From positions 72,292,001-72,356,000 of the forward strand of contig NC_043005.1 of assembly GCF_006345805.1 (NCBI RefSeq): a stretch of DNA of 64,000 nt. The letters run 5' to 3'. The position numbers and the translations under genes were made by a program. Positions 1 through 13,664 of this stretch are shown here, piece after piece. Source of the DNA: Octopus sinensis (taxonomy: Eukaryota). The stretch's first letter is position 1, and each line of letters starts with the position of its first letter. Below the pieces are notes generated by a model that saw only the letters and a list, made by a program, of their open reading frames with translations, did no database searches and was not told where the DNA came from.

Positions 1-869
1 GACTAGTGGGAGGTTGAGAGGGAGGTATTCTTAAAGCAAAAACCTGGCCCATGGGCTTGCAGCAGAGTGGGCTTTGCTTCAGGTAGGGTTGTTTTAGCAG
101 CATTATAGGCCCCTGGACAAATCAGTACACCAGGCTCTATAGTATTTATTGAAAGCAAGCTATGGCAAACATCAATTAGAATTGGGTTCCTAGATCTGTG
201 TGGCCCCCAGACAACTACCCTGTGTGGTCATGCCTTATGATACCACCAGTTATAGACACCAATGATGTCAATGAATAGTGTTTAAAAGTTGTTGGGCTAA
301 CTCTAACACCCAAGCCAGCCATGGTGAGATTTGAATTCAGAATGCATTGAGCCAGAACAAATATTACAAGATATTCTTACAGTACTGCCAGTCCAAGGCT
401 GGGGGGTTAGTATTTTTTAGTATTTTTGTATATTTTTTTATCATCCCTTAAAAGATAAAGTTAAAGTTAACCTTGGCATAATTTGAACTCAAAGAGCATA
501 GTGTCTGAATAAATAGCATTATGCATTCTGTCTCATACTCTTACAGCTGTGTCAATTCTTCACAGTTTATATTTGATTAATTAAAATCACCACTGTTTTA
601 TTTAGAAATATTCTCACAGATTGAAAATATGATCATCAAAAATCATTTGGTTCATTGTTTCAATAACTATGCAAACTGAAGGTGCTGTACAATGAAATTG
701 AACCTGCATCTCATAGTAGTAAAGCAAACTAGTTAATCACTTTCTTATGCCTTGCTGCCTCAGTCTCTCTCACATGCTTTCTTAATGTACATACATGCAG
801 ACAAACATATATATTGAGATATATATATTTATATATATAAATATATATATATATATGCATATAGGTATA

Positions 870-1265
870 GGAGGGGTTGTGTAGTAAGTAGCTTGCTTAC
901 CAACCACATAGTGCCGGGTTTAGTCCCACTGCGTGGTACCTTGGACAAGTGTCTTCTACTATAGCCTCGGGACGTCCAAAGCCTTGTGAGTGGATTTGTT
1001 AGACAGAAACTGAAAGAAGCCCTTCATATATATATGTGTGTGTGTATATGTTTGTGTGTCTGTGTTAGTCCCCCCAACATCACTTGACAACTGATGCTGG
1101 TGTGTTTACGTCCCTGTAACTTAGCGGTTCGGCAAAAGTGACCAATAGAATAAGTACTAGGCTTACAAAGAATAACTCCTGGGCTCGATTTGCTTGACTA
1201 AAGGCAGTGCTCCAGCATGGCCACAGTCAAATGACTGAAACAAGTAAAAGAGTAAAAGAGAGTAA
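870..1265 (+). mobile_element. tRNA-derived CORE-type SINE (octopus family A), full length
   Basis: tRNA-like head, CCTTGGxCAAGT CORE-like motif, internal (TA/TG)n and (GTAAAAGA)n tail. Near-identical copies at 49246 and 51438, and inverted copies at 22752 and 33625. Confidence 0.85.
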
Positions 1266-1559
1266 AAAGTATATGCACACATATCTTGAACATAGGATCA
1301 TTAAAAGAAAAACATGCCCAAACCAAATTGATTTCAGTACTTAATGGTATTCTGTAGAGTAATCAGTAATGTGGTTGCCTGGCAAGTGATAGTTATGTGA
1401 TATGAGTCCCAAATCCAGGGTTTTCTCTCAAATTTCTGCTTTATCACTTCATGTTGGAAATCATAGCAGTTAATAGATTCATGGAGTGTGCGTATATACA
1501 TAGTCAGATATATACATATATGCATGTATGTGCCACCCATGTTTTCCCTCTCTCTTTGT

Positions 1560-1632
1560 GTATGTGTGTGTGTGAATATATATATGTGTATATGTATGTG
1601 TATATAAACATATATACATATATATATATACA

Positions 1633-1678
<46 letters not shown>

Positions 1679-1709
1679 CATATGCATACATATATATATA
1701 TATATATAT

Positions 1710-1775
<66 letters not shown>

Positions 1776-1781
1776 CATATA

Positions 1782-1816
<35 letters not shown>
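1560..1816. repeat. (TA)n/(TG)n microsatellite
   Basis: Direct dinucleotide runs that explain the YIYI ORFs. Confidence 0.95.
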
Positions 1817-2829
1817 GCTTTTTGTGAATTAAGAATTTTCATAAACAAAGTGTATTTTTTATGCCTACACTTCTTTTTCTTTATGTGGAATAAATAACAG
1901 TATTCTGCAGTTCTGTTAACTCATTGGAAATCAGATATATGAAGGTTCTATCTACTAACCAAATATATCTTCTGAGTGATATATGCCAAACAGATTTTTT
2001 CTTCTTTTTTTGCATAAATTAGCATTTTGTAAATTGAAAAAAAAATGTTTGTAGTAGGCCAAGGCTTGGCAGCATGGTTAAGAAGCTAGCTTTGCAACTG
2101 TTTAGCTTTGAATTCAATCCCACTGCTTGGAACCTCGGGAAAAAGTATTTTATCTTAGCCCCAGGCAACCAATTCCTTGCAAGTGAATTTGCTTGATTCA
2201 AACTATATGGGAAATTCATTATATCTGTATATAAGCGTGTCTTTGTGTCTGCGTCCATCTCTCACATCCCTTCCAGCTAAACAACTGATGTTTGTTTATG
2301 CCTCTACTCTAACATAGTAGTTTGATAAAAGGGACCAATAGAACAAGTACCAAAATTTGAAAATATTAATTACTGGGGTCAAGTTTTTTGACTAAGCCTT
2401 TCAGGGTGGAACCCTAGTATGCCCACACCCAATGACTGAAACTAGTAAAAGATAAAAGATAAATGAAAATAATACTAAATAGAAAAACATTTACATACAA
2501 AGAAATATTTATGTATCTTTACCTTTTATAACCTTCAGTATCATAACATCTCTACTCATCTGTCTTTCATTATGTATAATATCTTCACTAGCTTTGGTTC
2601 CACACTAACTAATCTATTCTCCCTAGAATGTCATCCATGTATATCCTACAACTGTTCAAGTAGAATATCAATCCCATTAATCTCATGGTTCACAGACGGT
2701 CGGTCAAAATTACGAAAACATCCCAGAACAAATATGTTTTAAAATGTTATTATATTGACACAAATTTCAGAAATGTGAGCTCTTTGAAGATTTTACTGTT
2801 TATTCATAAAAAAAGTGGTTTGGTCAGAT

Positions 2830-3725
2830 TATCTTTAAATAAAAGTATCTGTAGCATATTGCACTGTAGTAGTCAGTAAGTCAAGTCATCATTAAAACAA
2901 CTGTTCTGTAACATATAATACTGTCTAATCATCTTTAAGGAATCTATTCTGACATAAAGCATGATCTTGAATAGGTAGGTCAACTCATCTTTGAGCCAAC
3001 TGTTCTAACATTATATGTAGTAGGTAGGTCAACTCATCTTTGAACCAACTGTTCTGACATAGTATTGTCTTTGGTAGGTAGGTTAAGTCATATTTGAGCC
3101 AACTATTCTGATGTATAGTTTTATGTTTAGCAGATAGGTCAAACCATCTTTGAGCCAACTGTTCTGACATATTTAGTAGATAGGTAGCTCAACTCATTTT
3201 TGAGCCAAATATTCTGAAATATAGAATTATCTTTAATAGATAAGTCAAGTAATATTTCAGCCAGCTATTCAGATGTTAAGTGTCTCTAGTAGATAGGTCA
3301 AACCACCTTTGACCCAATTGTTCTAACATATAGTTAGCAGGTTGGTTGAGGCATATTTGAGTCAACTATTCTGACATAGCATTGTCACTAGTAGATAGGT
3401 CAAACCATCTTTGAGCCAATTCCTCTAACATGTAGTTATAGGTTGGTCAAGTCATATTTGACCCAACTATGCTGGCATATATATTATCATTAGTAGGTAG
3501 GTCAAACCATATTTGAATAAACTATTTTGTAACATATAGTACTGCATGTAGTATGTACTTCAAATCTTCTTTGAAGAAACTATTCCATAACATATTATAC
3601 TGTATATAGGTCTATTAATCTTTGAATAGAGTAATCTGTAGCATAAAGCAGTGTATGTAGTAGGCAAATCCAAGTCAGCTTTAAACCCACTGTTCCATAT
3701 CATAAAGCATTGAATATAGTAGGCA
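2830..3725. repeat. Degenerate minisatellite, ~47-56 bp units
   Basis: Core TAG(G/A)TAGGTCAA..CATCTTTGAGCCAACT.TTCTGACAT recurs at ~2972, 3021, 3075, 3131, 3181, 3237, 3290, 3338, 3392, 3439 and 3494, decaying at both edges. Confidence 0.9.
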
Positions 3726-3816
3726 ATCAATTGCTTAGTGCCAGTGCATTACAATTGCAATCAATATAAATTGAGCACCAGTTCAGACAGTGTTAACTAC
3801 ATGGTAATTGCATTTC

Positions 3817-4027
3817 GAAGGCGGCGAACTAGCAGAACCGTTAGCACGCCGGGCGAAATGCTTAGCAGTATTTCGTCTGAGTTCAAATTCCGCCGAGGTC
3901 GACTTTGCCTTTCATCCTTTCTGGGTCGATAAATTAAGTACCAGTTACGCACTGGGGTCGATCTAATCGACTTAATTCGTTTGTTTGTCCCCTCTGCGTT
4001 TAGCTCCTTGTGGGTAGTAAAGAAATA
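3817..4027 (+). mobile_element. SINE family B with 14-bp TSD
   Basis: AAGGCGGCGA head, GAGTTCAAATTCC B-box, GCCTTTCATCCTTTC..GGGTCGATAAATTAAGTACCAG core. TSD GGTAATTGCATTTC at 3803-3816 and 4028-4041. Confidence 0.9.
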
Positions 4028-4659
4028 GGTAATTGCATTTCTGAAATCAAAACACACTACAGTTGATTTAGCCTTAAATACTTATACCATATGGGATATA
4101 TATTACTGAATATTAGACCTTACTGAACATATTTCTGGGAAACCGCATTGTAATCAAGTAAAACACAGCCAGACAGTTAGAGCTGAACAAATCTACCCAG
4201 CAAAGTCTACTTTCTGTTTTCATTTGTTTCCAAACATAATCAGCATGTATTTTATGAATCCCCAGGGCAGAAATTCCCAGTTAATTGACCTCTCCATGGT
4301 TTGGAATGAAACCTCAAATTTTTCTATTTTTCTCTTGTCTTTTGCTTGGTTCAGTCATTAGACTGTGTCCATGCTGGAGCACCATCTTGAAGTGTTTATT
4401 GAAGCAGATCACCCCATCCAGAATATATTTTCTTTAAGTCTGGATCTTACTGTATCACTTTGCTTAGCTGAACTACTAAGTTATGGGATAATATACTAAC
4501 CAACATTGGTTGTCAAGTATTGAAGGACAAACACATACACATATATGCATACATGCATGCACACATACACCACACACTAGAGGCTTCCACAGTTTCCATC
4601 TCCTGAATTCACTCGCATACCATTAGTTGACATGAGAGCTATACTTTTCTTCTCTGGGA

Positions 4660-5037
4660 ATAAGGCCCATAATTTTGGAAGAGGGGCCAGTCGATTAGAT
4701 CAACCCCAGTATGCAACTGGTACTTAATTTATCGACCCTGAAAGGATGAGAGGCAAAGTTGACCTCAGCAGAATTTGAACTCAGAACATAGTCAGACATA
4801 ATACCAATTTCTTTACTACCCACAAGGGGCTAAACACAGAGAGGACAAACAAGGACAAACAAACGGATTAAGTCGATTATATCGACCCCAGTGCGTAACT
4901 GGTATTTATTTAATCGACCCCGAAAAGATGAAAGGCAAAGTCGATCTCGGCGGAATTTGAACTCAGAACGTAGCGGCAGACAAAATACCGCTAAGCATTT
5001 CGCCCGGCATGCTAACGTTTCTGCCAGCTCGCTGTCT
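4660..5037 (-). mobile_element. Two adjacent SINE family B copies
   Basis: Reverse complement of the 3817 element, present twice (~4660-4800 and ~4807-5037). Confidence 0.85.
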
Positions 5038-5585
5038 TATAATATGACATGAGAGCTACAGTAGAAGACTTTTACTCAAGGTGTTGCACAGTGGGTAGGA
5101 ATCTGAAACCACGTGATGCAAAATGAGCTCCTTAACCACAAAACCTTCAATGGTCAATTTAAACAACAGTTAAGACATTTATTCATCACTTTATAATTTG
5201 GTTTTCTGATTACAAGTTTCAAATTTGGATTTAAATTTGTACTTATGGATACTGTACCTGTGTTTATGATGTTGTAATGGCTTTTTGATATAGAATATTT
5301 TCTTTCATTTTCTTATTTAGCTTTTTTTTTAATATTTTTGGGATGGAGTTTTCATAAAAGCTAGTTTTATATTGTTTTGAAAATGTTCTCAGAAAGGAAA
5401 TTGAGGTGAGAAGAATATGGTTCATGCAGTTTATATTGAATTACAATTTTGTTATAAAGTATTTCCAGTTAGTTAAATGAAGTGCAGTACGTATATATAT
5501 ATATATATATATATGAGTGTGTGTGTGTGTGTATCTATCTATATATATATTTGTGTGTGTGTTTGTATCTATCTATATATATATA

Positions 5586-5639
<54 letters not shown>

Positions 5640-6151
5640 CACATACGTACGTATGTATGTATGTGTATATATGTGTGTATGTTTGTATCTATCTATATAT
5701 ATGTGTGCGTATATATATATATATATATATAATATATATACAGACACTTGCATACGTACGTACGTACGTACATATGTATGTATGTATGTATGTGTATATA
5801 TGTGTGTTTTTTTGCTTTCATTGTGTATCACTAGTGTTCAGCAGCAAAGGTTCTATAATAACCACTGAACATATACATATTAAATGTATGTATGCATATG
5901 TGTGTGTGTCTTGTATTCTTTGCTACTTCAAACATCATATAATAGAATTATATCCAGTCACAAAATTCTGAAATTTTCCCAGCATGGAAGGATTTTTGGA
6001 GAGAAATTTCAGTTTCCACTTATAAAAACCTAATGAGCAACTTTGTACAAATTGGAACTGAATTACATCTTTCAATTCCAAAACATTATTTCTTGTCCAA
6101 AGAAACTATTGTCTTTAACTGTATTATATTCTGTTTTATATATATATATAC

Positions 6152-6209
<58 letters not shown>

Positions 6210-6224
6210 TATACATACACATAT

Positions 6225-6259
<35 letters not shown>

Positions 6260-6696
6260 ATATATATATATATACGTGTTGATGTATGGTTGTTGAAGTG
6301 AGAACCATTGTGGCGTGATGCCTAAGATTTTCAACTACTGAATTAAATTAGTTGAATCAGCTCATTGAGAGCTATTTAATTTTAGCTTGAAAACCTTGCT
6401 AAAAATAAAAATTTTCTTAATTGGCGGTTGTGGATTTGGCATTGAGATTGGTATTCGTTTGTAAAATATCCACTAGTAATATATACATATGTTGAAGCTA
6501 CGGAACTATTCAACCCATGCCAGCCATAATTTCATCATGGCTTGATTAAGGTGTAAAATAATGTCTGTTACAGCTTCTGGGTATATACGTCAATGAAGAA
6601 GAAATCTCTGAAAAAGATGGCTCTGGCTTTAACTTCTTTGAGTTTAATTGTAACCTACATATTTCTTCTGTTAAAGTAGTTCGTTTTTAATGTTTT

Positions 6697-7030
6697 GGCA
6701 CATGGCTCAGTGGTTAGAGTGTTGGGTTCACAATCATGAGGTAGTGGGTTCAATTCCTGGACCAGACTGTGTGCTGTGTTCTTGAGCAAGACACTTCATC
6801 TCATGTTCCTCAAGTTCACTCAGCTGTAGAAATGAGTTGCAATGTCACTGGTGCCAAATTATATCGGTCTTTGCCTTTCTCTTGGGTAACGTCAGTGGCA
6901 TGGAGAAGTAAGGCTGGTATGCATGGGCAACTGCTGGTCTTCCATAAACAACCTTGTCCAGACCTGTGCCTCGAAGGGCAACTTTCTAGGTGTAATTCCA
7001 TGGTCATTCATGGTCGAAGGGGGTCCTTAG
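6697..7030 (+). mobile_element. tRNA-derived SINE (family C)
   Basis: A-box TGGCTCAGTGG, B-box GGTTCAATTCC, then CTTGAGCAAGACACTT. Related 3' part appears inverted at ~27350-27570. Confidence 0.75.
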
Positions 7031-7358
7031 CTTTACTGTGCAACTCCTTTCACAAAACGTTCGAAAGGAAATATTCTAAACAACTCAATGAATTAATTCT
7101 TATATTTTCTTACTATAGGAAAGACATGTAGCCTAGTGGTTAGGAGGATGGGTTGAAAATCATAAGTCAGGGGTTCAATTCCTCAGCAGAGTGATGTATT
7201 TTGTCCATATGCAAGGCACATCATTTTAGATTGTTCCAGCCTTTCTTCCTTTTACTCAGCAGGAAATGACTATCAGCTAACTACTGGTGCAGCTCTCTCT
7301 CTCTCTCTTTCTCTCCCCCTACCCTCACTCTATCTCTATATCTCTCTCATTTTGTTCG

Positions 7359-7391
<33 letters not shown>

Positions 7392-10300
7392 CTCTCTCTC
7401 TTTCTGTCTTTCTATTTGTCTCCTTATGTGTGTCTGTCTCAGTCTTTATTTGTTTCTCTGTCTGTCTTTTCTTCATTTGTCTTTCTCCTCTACTTCTATT
7501 TCTATCTCTGTCTCTGTCTGTCTGTCTGTCTCTCTGCTTATTTGTCCTTGGTTGTTTGATCCCAACCCTCTCCCTTTTCCTTATTTAATGTCCCACTACT
7601 GGGTCAAGGGTGAGAGAATTGAAAGGGTGTTCCTGTCTGCTTGCAATTGCCCAGATACCAAAAATAACTAACAAAAGTAAAGTACAAGCCATCAGAGCGT
7701 ACTCTTTTACAACTGATGCCTGTACTTTTTTATATATTTTTTAAAATTTCTGTTTGAAGAATTAACATTGGTTATTTCTTCTTTTAGTTATTTTGGCTGG
7801 TTTCAGTCATTGGACTTGCAGTCATGCCAGGGCACTGCTCTGAAGGGTTTAATCAAAAACTTATTCTATCAGTTTCTTTTGCTGAACTGCTAAGTTGCTG
7901 GGATTTGAATGAACCAGCACCAGTTGCCAAGTAGTAGTGGGGGACGGACACAAAAGCAGACATACTAAAACAAAAATTTTGCTTCTTTCATATCATTTGA
8001 AACTTGAATTCTTTTGGTATTTCAAAATTAAAATCTTGTGCCTTCTACCATCGGTTACTAGACCGAAAGCTTTTACCTTTCAAACCCTCTCGCTTCTTAT
8101 TTACCGCATGGTCTTTTGTAAAGCATGGTGCTTTATTTGCCTAATTCAAACTTAGTGGAAGAGGAACAAACTGATTCTGTTTCATAATCTTTGCAGATTA
8201 AATTAATTACATTCATTACAGATTCAAATTACCAAATTCTTAACAAATTATCAAATTCAAATAAGGAATTTCTTAGAAAATTCAATTAATTGTTTCTAAT
8301 TTATGCAATTATCTAAATTTGCAAAGCTTTCAAAACTGTGTGAAATGGATATAGAAGACACTGATACAGTGTTTTAAATTTGATTACATGTTTTTTGGTT
8401 GTTATATAAGACAATGACAAACTTGGATATTTTATCTAAGAAGATGCAATAAAAATGTTTTATTTCTTAGTTTTTGGAGGAGTTTTTTTTTTTGTTTTTA
8501 CATATTTATATAATTCTCAACTATTACTTTCATTGAATGATCTCTTGTGCATTTCTATAGGCCTTCTTGAAATGCTAATAAGTACTCTTGGAAAAGAAAA
8601 TTTTAAGCATTAGGTTGTGAAGTACTCTAAAAAAAATCTTGTCAGTCACAGATATTGCATTCAGTTACTCTCAGAATGATGTATGTTCTAAAATGTTGCA
8701 AACATACATATAGATACATATGTGCTCACACACACATACATATATGTCTGTATGTGTGTGAATATAAAGCAAAAACATGTATTGATTTGTTTAAATATAA
8801 CTGTTTAGTATAAGAGAAGCTGACTTTTATGGTTTTACTCTCCAATTACCAGTATGATTTATTGCATTATTAAAACCACTTCTGCACAAAATTCAAGCCA
8901 TACTGTGTACAATCATCATTGTAGCAATAAAAGAAATTTATCATTTGACAAAACAGGGTCTGGGAGGAAGATTAAAAACGAAAACAAAGACAAAAATAAA
9001 ATACAAAAAATATAGAAAACAATTATGCCTGTACATGATTTGAAAACAATGTTTTAATAGCAATACACTGTTTACATTTTATATTTTGACCTGCTCATTG
9101 TATTCGTTTAGCATTAGACAATACTGAATTTATAATATTCCAGAGTTTCTAACCTCATTTTCTGAATTTATTAATAATTCAGAACCCATTCCACTAAGAA
9201 GATTTAGTTATATTCTTTAAATTTATATCAATGCTTTAGCCTGGAAACAATTATAGAGGAACATTTGCTGTGTTATATAGAAATTTCTGCAAGAATTCTC
9301 CCAACTATTTCAACTTATTCCAAGATAGGTTATAAAATTTTCATCTTCCTTATTACATAAAAGAAGAAAATAGAATAAAGCTGGGGTTTTTTTTTTTCAA
9401 GCTGTGGGTTACTTTTGTTTATTTTATCAAGGTTTTTGAATAAATTCAGGGATATTTTTTTCTATTAGACATCATAAATATTACATCCATTTTGGCATTC
9501 ACCTTTCTGATGCTGCCATGGGCTGGAAGAGACTTACTGAAGTAATATTTTCTGTACAAATACCCTTCTTGATGCAGACATTATTTTCAAGTAAATCTTT
9601 GAAGTGATGTCAAGATGTATATCTTCAAATGTGAATACACCTTAGTTAAGTAATGTTGTTATTCTTGTTCTTGTTGTTGTTTAATCTCAGGCCAGCTTTT
9701 ATCAAACAGACCTAAGATCAAAAGCATTCCAGCCATGATCACCCCATCTTGTTTCAGATTAATTGTATCAAGAGCCATATTGTCCAATGTAATTTTTAAT
9801 GACATTAGAGCTTAATGTGAAGGATATTTAGCTACTGTTTCTAGCAGATTATGTGACCGCTTTAAGACTTCCTCTTTGTCTTATGTTGCATAACTTGGAT
9901 TGTAAAGGTATGAATATGAACAGCAGGAACTATTTACCCAGCTAACTATAGAAACCATTGTTAATATTTCCTTGATAAGATATTAATATTAAAGTGCCAC
10001 ATTTCTTCCTCTTGAGCAGTTCACAATGGTTCTCTTTGCTGTTTGGCTTCTTATCTAAATTGCTGCAGGTGACAAACACATTTATACCTAATATAATAAT
10101 GTTGTCTTGAAAAATAATCATGTAATTCTTTTCCCACAGTTTAATAGAATATAGCTAATTATTGATAACTTATTGAAAATATCTTGTGTAAATGTTACAC
10201 TTCAGCTTGAACTCAGAATACAAATCAGATACTCACCTCTTTTTGTTATATAAGTTTTTAGTAGAGCATATCTTACAAAATAAATACTGGTTCAAAACTT

Positions 10301-11709
10301 AGGTTGTTAAATTTATTATATCTGCGTTTTAAATATAACTTATAGTAATATCTTTTACTGAAGGTTTCTTTTCTATTATTACAGTTTGGAACAGAAGGTT
10401 CAGACCATAAACCACCATTTTAGATGTTTTATAGTATAAACTGTGTCCATCATATTTATAAGTTCAAATTTGGCCAAGAAGGTATTTTTGTCTTGGCTTA
10501 ATTTAAGGCTTGACAATATATGTCAGTAAAATATGGCCGTTGATTCAATCATCTCTATCCTTCCTACCGTTTCAAAATGATTTTTGTGCTTAGTCAGAAT
10601 GTTTATATGCATCAATATGTAAAACTTCTTGCCTATAAAATCAAGCATAAAACTATAGAGAGATACACACATGTGCACACACACATACACACGCATGCAC
10701 ACACACACACACACACACACAACACACACACACACACTCTCTCACACACACACACGCATACACACACACACACACACACACTCACACACACACACACACT
10801 CAATCAATGAAACAATAAATTCACTGACACTTTACATGTACAATCATAATTTCAATTATTTGTTTGTATAACTCTGTATGAGTGTGTGTTGCCTCTGCCT
10901 GTCTGTCTGTCTGTCTCTATATATATATATGTGTGTGTGTGTGTGCGTGTGTGTGTGTGAGTGTGAGTATGATTGTATACACACATACACACACACACAG
11001 ATGTATGTAAACATATAAGTATACACATGCATGATTTCATACTCTGGGATTTATACACGCTTTAGTTTTACTTATTTTCTCTAAGAACGGATTAAAATTT
11101 AATGTATTAGATATTAAAAATTTAATCTGAAATATCTCAAAATCTGAACATGTACAAAAGAAGCAAAACAAAACAAAGGACAAAATGTAAAAGCACAAAG
11201 GAAAACATAGCCAGAAATGAATTTAAAAGAAAATTTAACAGCATATTTTGCTTGACTGTAAAGATTTCAAATGTTCATGCATAACAGTTGAAGTTTTATA
11301 TATGTTTAAACCATCTGCATAAATAAATTTACATATTCTAATCTCTGCAAGTATGAATATACAGTAAACATGGCATAAAATAAGTAAACATAATACAGAA
11401 TATAAGTAAAATTCTTACAAGTAGGATTAAATTGTGATTGGCAATTTTTGTTTATTTTGTTGAGCTTATATTATAAAATATATGCTGAGCACCTAATCTG
11501 CTTGGAAAACATAGTAAATAGAAAGGTTCTCTCTTTGACATATAATGGTAATTTTAATGCCAATTTTAATAGCAGTTGTATCCTACTACATAAACATTGT
11601 GAAATAGCAAAAGCTTTAAATGAGTAATGGCTTTACAATTTTGTCTTGTGAATAGGGGCTTGTTGTTTTTTAGTGCCAGGTCAGCTTGTAAAATAGCAAA
11701 GCTCTAATG

Positions 11710-12107
11710 CAAGGTTTCCTAACTTATTTTCCCCCAGGACCCATTATAACTTTCCAGTAAAAAAAGGTATGCCCTCCTGGTGGAATACATAAAAATATTA
11801 ATAATTTATGAACTTCACATAATTATATACTTTCCTTAAAGAAATATCTACATTTGGCCATTAGAGTAGCACTATATTCTATCAAGCAATCTTTACACAT
11901 TATACTTGACCGGAGGGATCGGTTTGACTAGGCTGAGTATAGGTGTACTATGTTTGCTGTGAAAAAACAGTTTTTCACAATTCCATGTCCCACTAAAAAA
12001 AAAAAGAAAACAATTTTGGATCCTTAACCTCACCACAATTTTTCCAACCTCACCACAAATTTTCCAGCCTCACCAGTGATGTGTATGCCTCACATCAAGA
12101 ATCACTA
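11710..12107 (+). mobile_element. Non-autonomous hAT element (MITE), older copy
   Basis: Homologous to 24810-25450. Degenerate TIRs and a 7/8 TSD (CTCTAATG/CGCTAATG). Confidence 0.75.
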
Positions 12108-12320
12108 CGCTAATGACTAATGGCTGTCCAGTTTATTTCTTGTAGCTTGGCTGTAATTGTTTTTGTTTATTTAACACTAGGTCAGCAGTGACTGAAAAAT
12201 CCAATGATTAGTCTATCAAGTAATCACCATCTAGGTACTAGTCTTTTTCAGGACTAGTTTTCAAACAAACAAATGCACCAGAACACTAACGAAATTTTTG
12301 AAGGTGACTACATCTTGAAG

Positions 12321-12606
12321 GTGGAGGCACATGGCCTAGTGGTTAGAGCAGCAGACTTGCGGTCGAGGGATCGCGGGTTCGAATCTCAGACCAAGCGATG
12401 TGTGTGTTTATGAGCGAAACACCTAAGCTCTACATGGCTCCGGCAGAAGGTAATGGCGAAATTCTACTGACTCTTTTGCCACAACTTTCTCTCACCCTTT
12501 CTTCCTGCATCTTGCAGTTCACCAGCGATGGACTGGCGTCCTATACGCCATGGAAACTGGGAAACTGGCCCTTGTGAGCCAGGCATGGCTCGAGAAGGAA
12601 CAAACA
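12321..12606 (+). mobile_element. tRNA-derived SINE (family D) with 11-bp TSD
   Basis: TGGCCTAGTGG A-box, GGTTCGAATC B-box, (CAAA) tail. TSD ACATCTTGAAG at 12310-12320 and 12607-12617. Confidence 0.85.
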
Positions 12607-12999
12607 ACATCTTGAAGACAAAAGAGTTTGCATCCATCCATATAATTCATTTTCCTACACCACGGAACATTCACAAATGTTTAAAATATTCCTAATTTCA
12701 TTCAACATAGCAACTTCTGTCTCCCATTTCAGTCCTTATAAAATGTTACCTCCCCATAGTATCTGACTCTTGCATATGAAAAATACTTAGATACTTTATC
12801 TAATATGCTCTACTTTTTTTAAGTGGATAGCATAGATTTTTCAGGGGCTTTGGCTGCTCTTACCTGTACCTGAGCAACCACATGGAGGCTGTTTGACTGG
12901 CTTTTATAGAAACTAATTTATTGGATTTTGTTATTCAAGAACAAGAAATGATAAGCTGAAATAATCATGGTCATGTTTCTCTCTATCATTATTGGTTTC

Positions 13000-13404
13000 A
13001 AATTTTTGCCACAAGGGCAGCAATTTCTGGGGATGGGCAAGTCAATTACATTGAACCCAGAGCTCGACTGACACTTACTTTATCAACCCCGAAAGGATTA
13101 AAAGCAAAGTCAGCCTCAGCAAGATTTGAACTCAGAGATAGGATGAAATGCCATTAAGCAGTTTGTCCTGCATGCTAACAAAACTACCAGGTAGCCACTT
13201 TGTTTCTCCCAACCATATTGGTTTCATATTTTAGCACAAGGCCAGCAATTTTGGGAGAGGATTAAGTTGATTACATCTGCCCTGGAACTCAACTGGTACT
13301 TAATTTATCAATTCTGACAGAATTTGAACTCAGAACATAAAGATGAACAAACTGTTGTAAGCATTTTGCTCAGTGTGCTAATGATTCTGCCAATCTGCTG
13401 CCTT
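13000..13404 (-). mobile_element. Two decayed SINE family B-related copies
   Basis: Repeated AACTGGTACTT..TTTATCAA..GAATTTGAACTCAG segments. Confidence 0.7.
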
Positions 13405-13441
13405 AATTTCTCCCAATCATATTAGCAACAAAAGTGTTTAA

Positions 13442-13664
13442 CCCTTTTGATACCAATCTTCCTGAAACCACTTTTGGCTCGGTAGTACAAATGTCCTGTT
13501 TTCAAAAGTTCTGAATTAAAATCTTCCTCCAAACCTTAGTCACAATTTATGTTCCTAACACTAGCTTAGTAATAACTAAATTATTATACTAAATTCTTTA
13601 TTATATTTAAAATTAATTGAAAGAAACACAGAGCATCTCAACAAGAATATGGTAAAAAAAGGAG
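13442..13664. mobile_element. piggyBac-type MITE
   Basis: TTAA|CCCTTTTG...AAAAAGGAG|TTAA. Related copies at 63043-63366 and 63563-63750. Confidence 0.75.

Noticed and set aside
2830-3725. CRISPR array interpretation
   Set aside because: Eukaryotic context, degenerate repeats, short mutually related linkers, and no cas genes.
10568-10632. Minus-strand candidate exon (KKFYILMHINILTKHKNHFET)
   Set aside because: Weak donor (gtagga) and no recognisable protein similarity.
12321-12395. tRNA gene (also 6697, 30155, 30727)
   Set aside because: A/B boxes are present, but the heads run into SINE bodies with tails and TSDs, with no proper acceptor stem.
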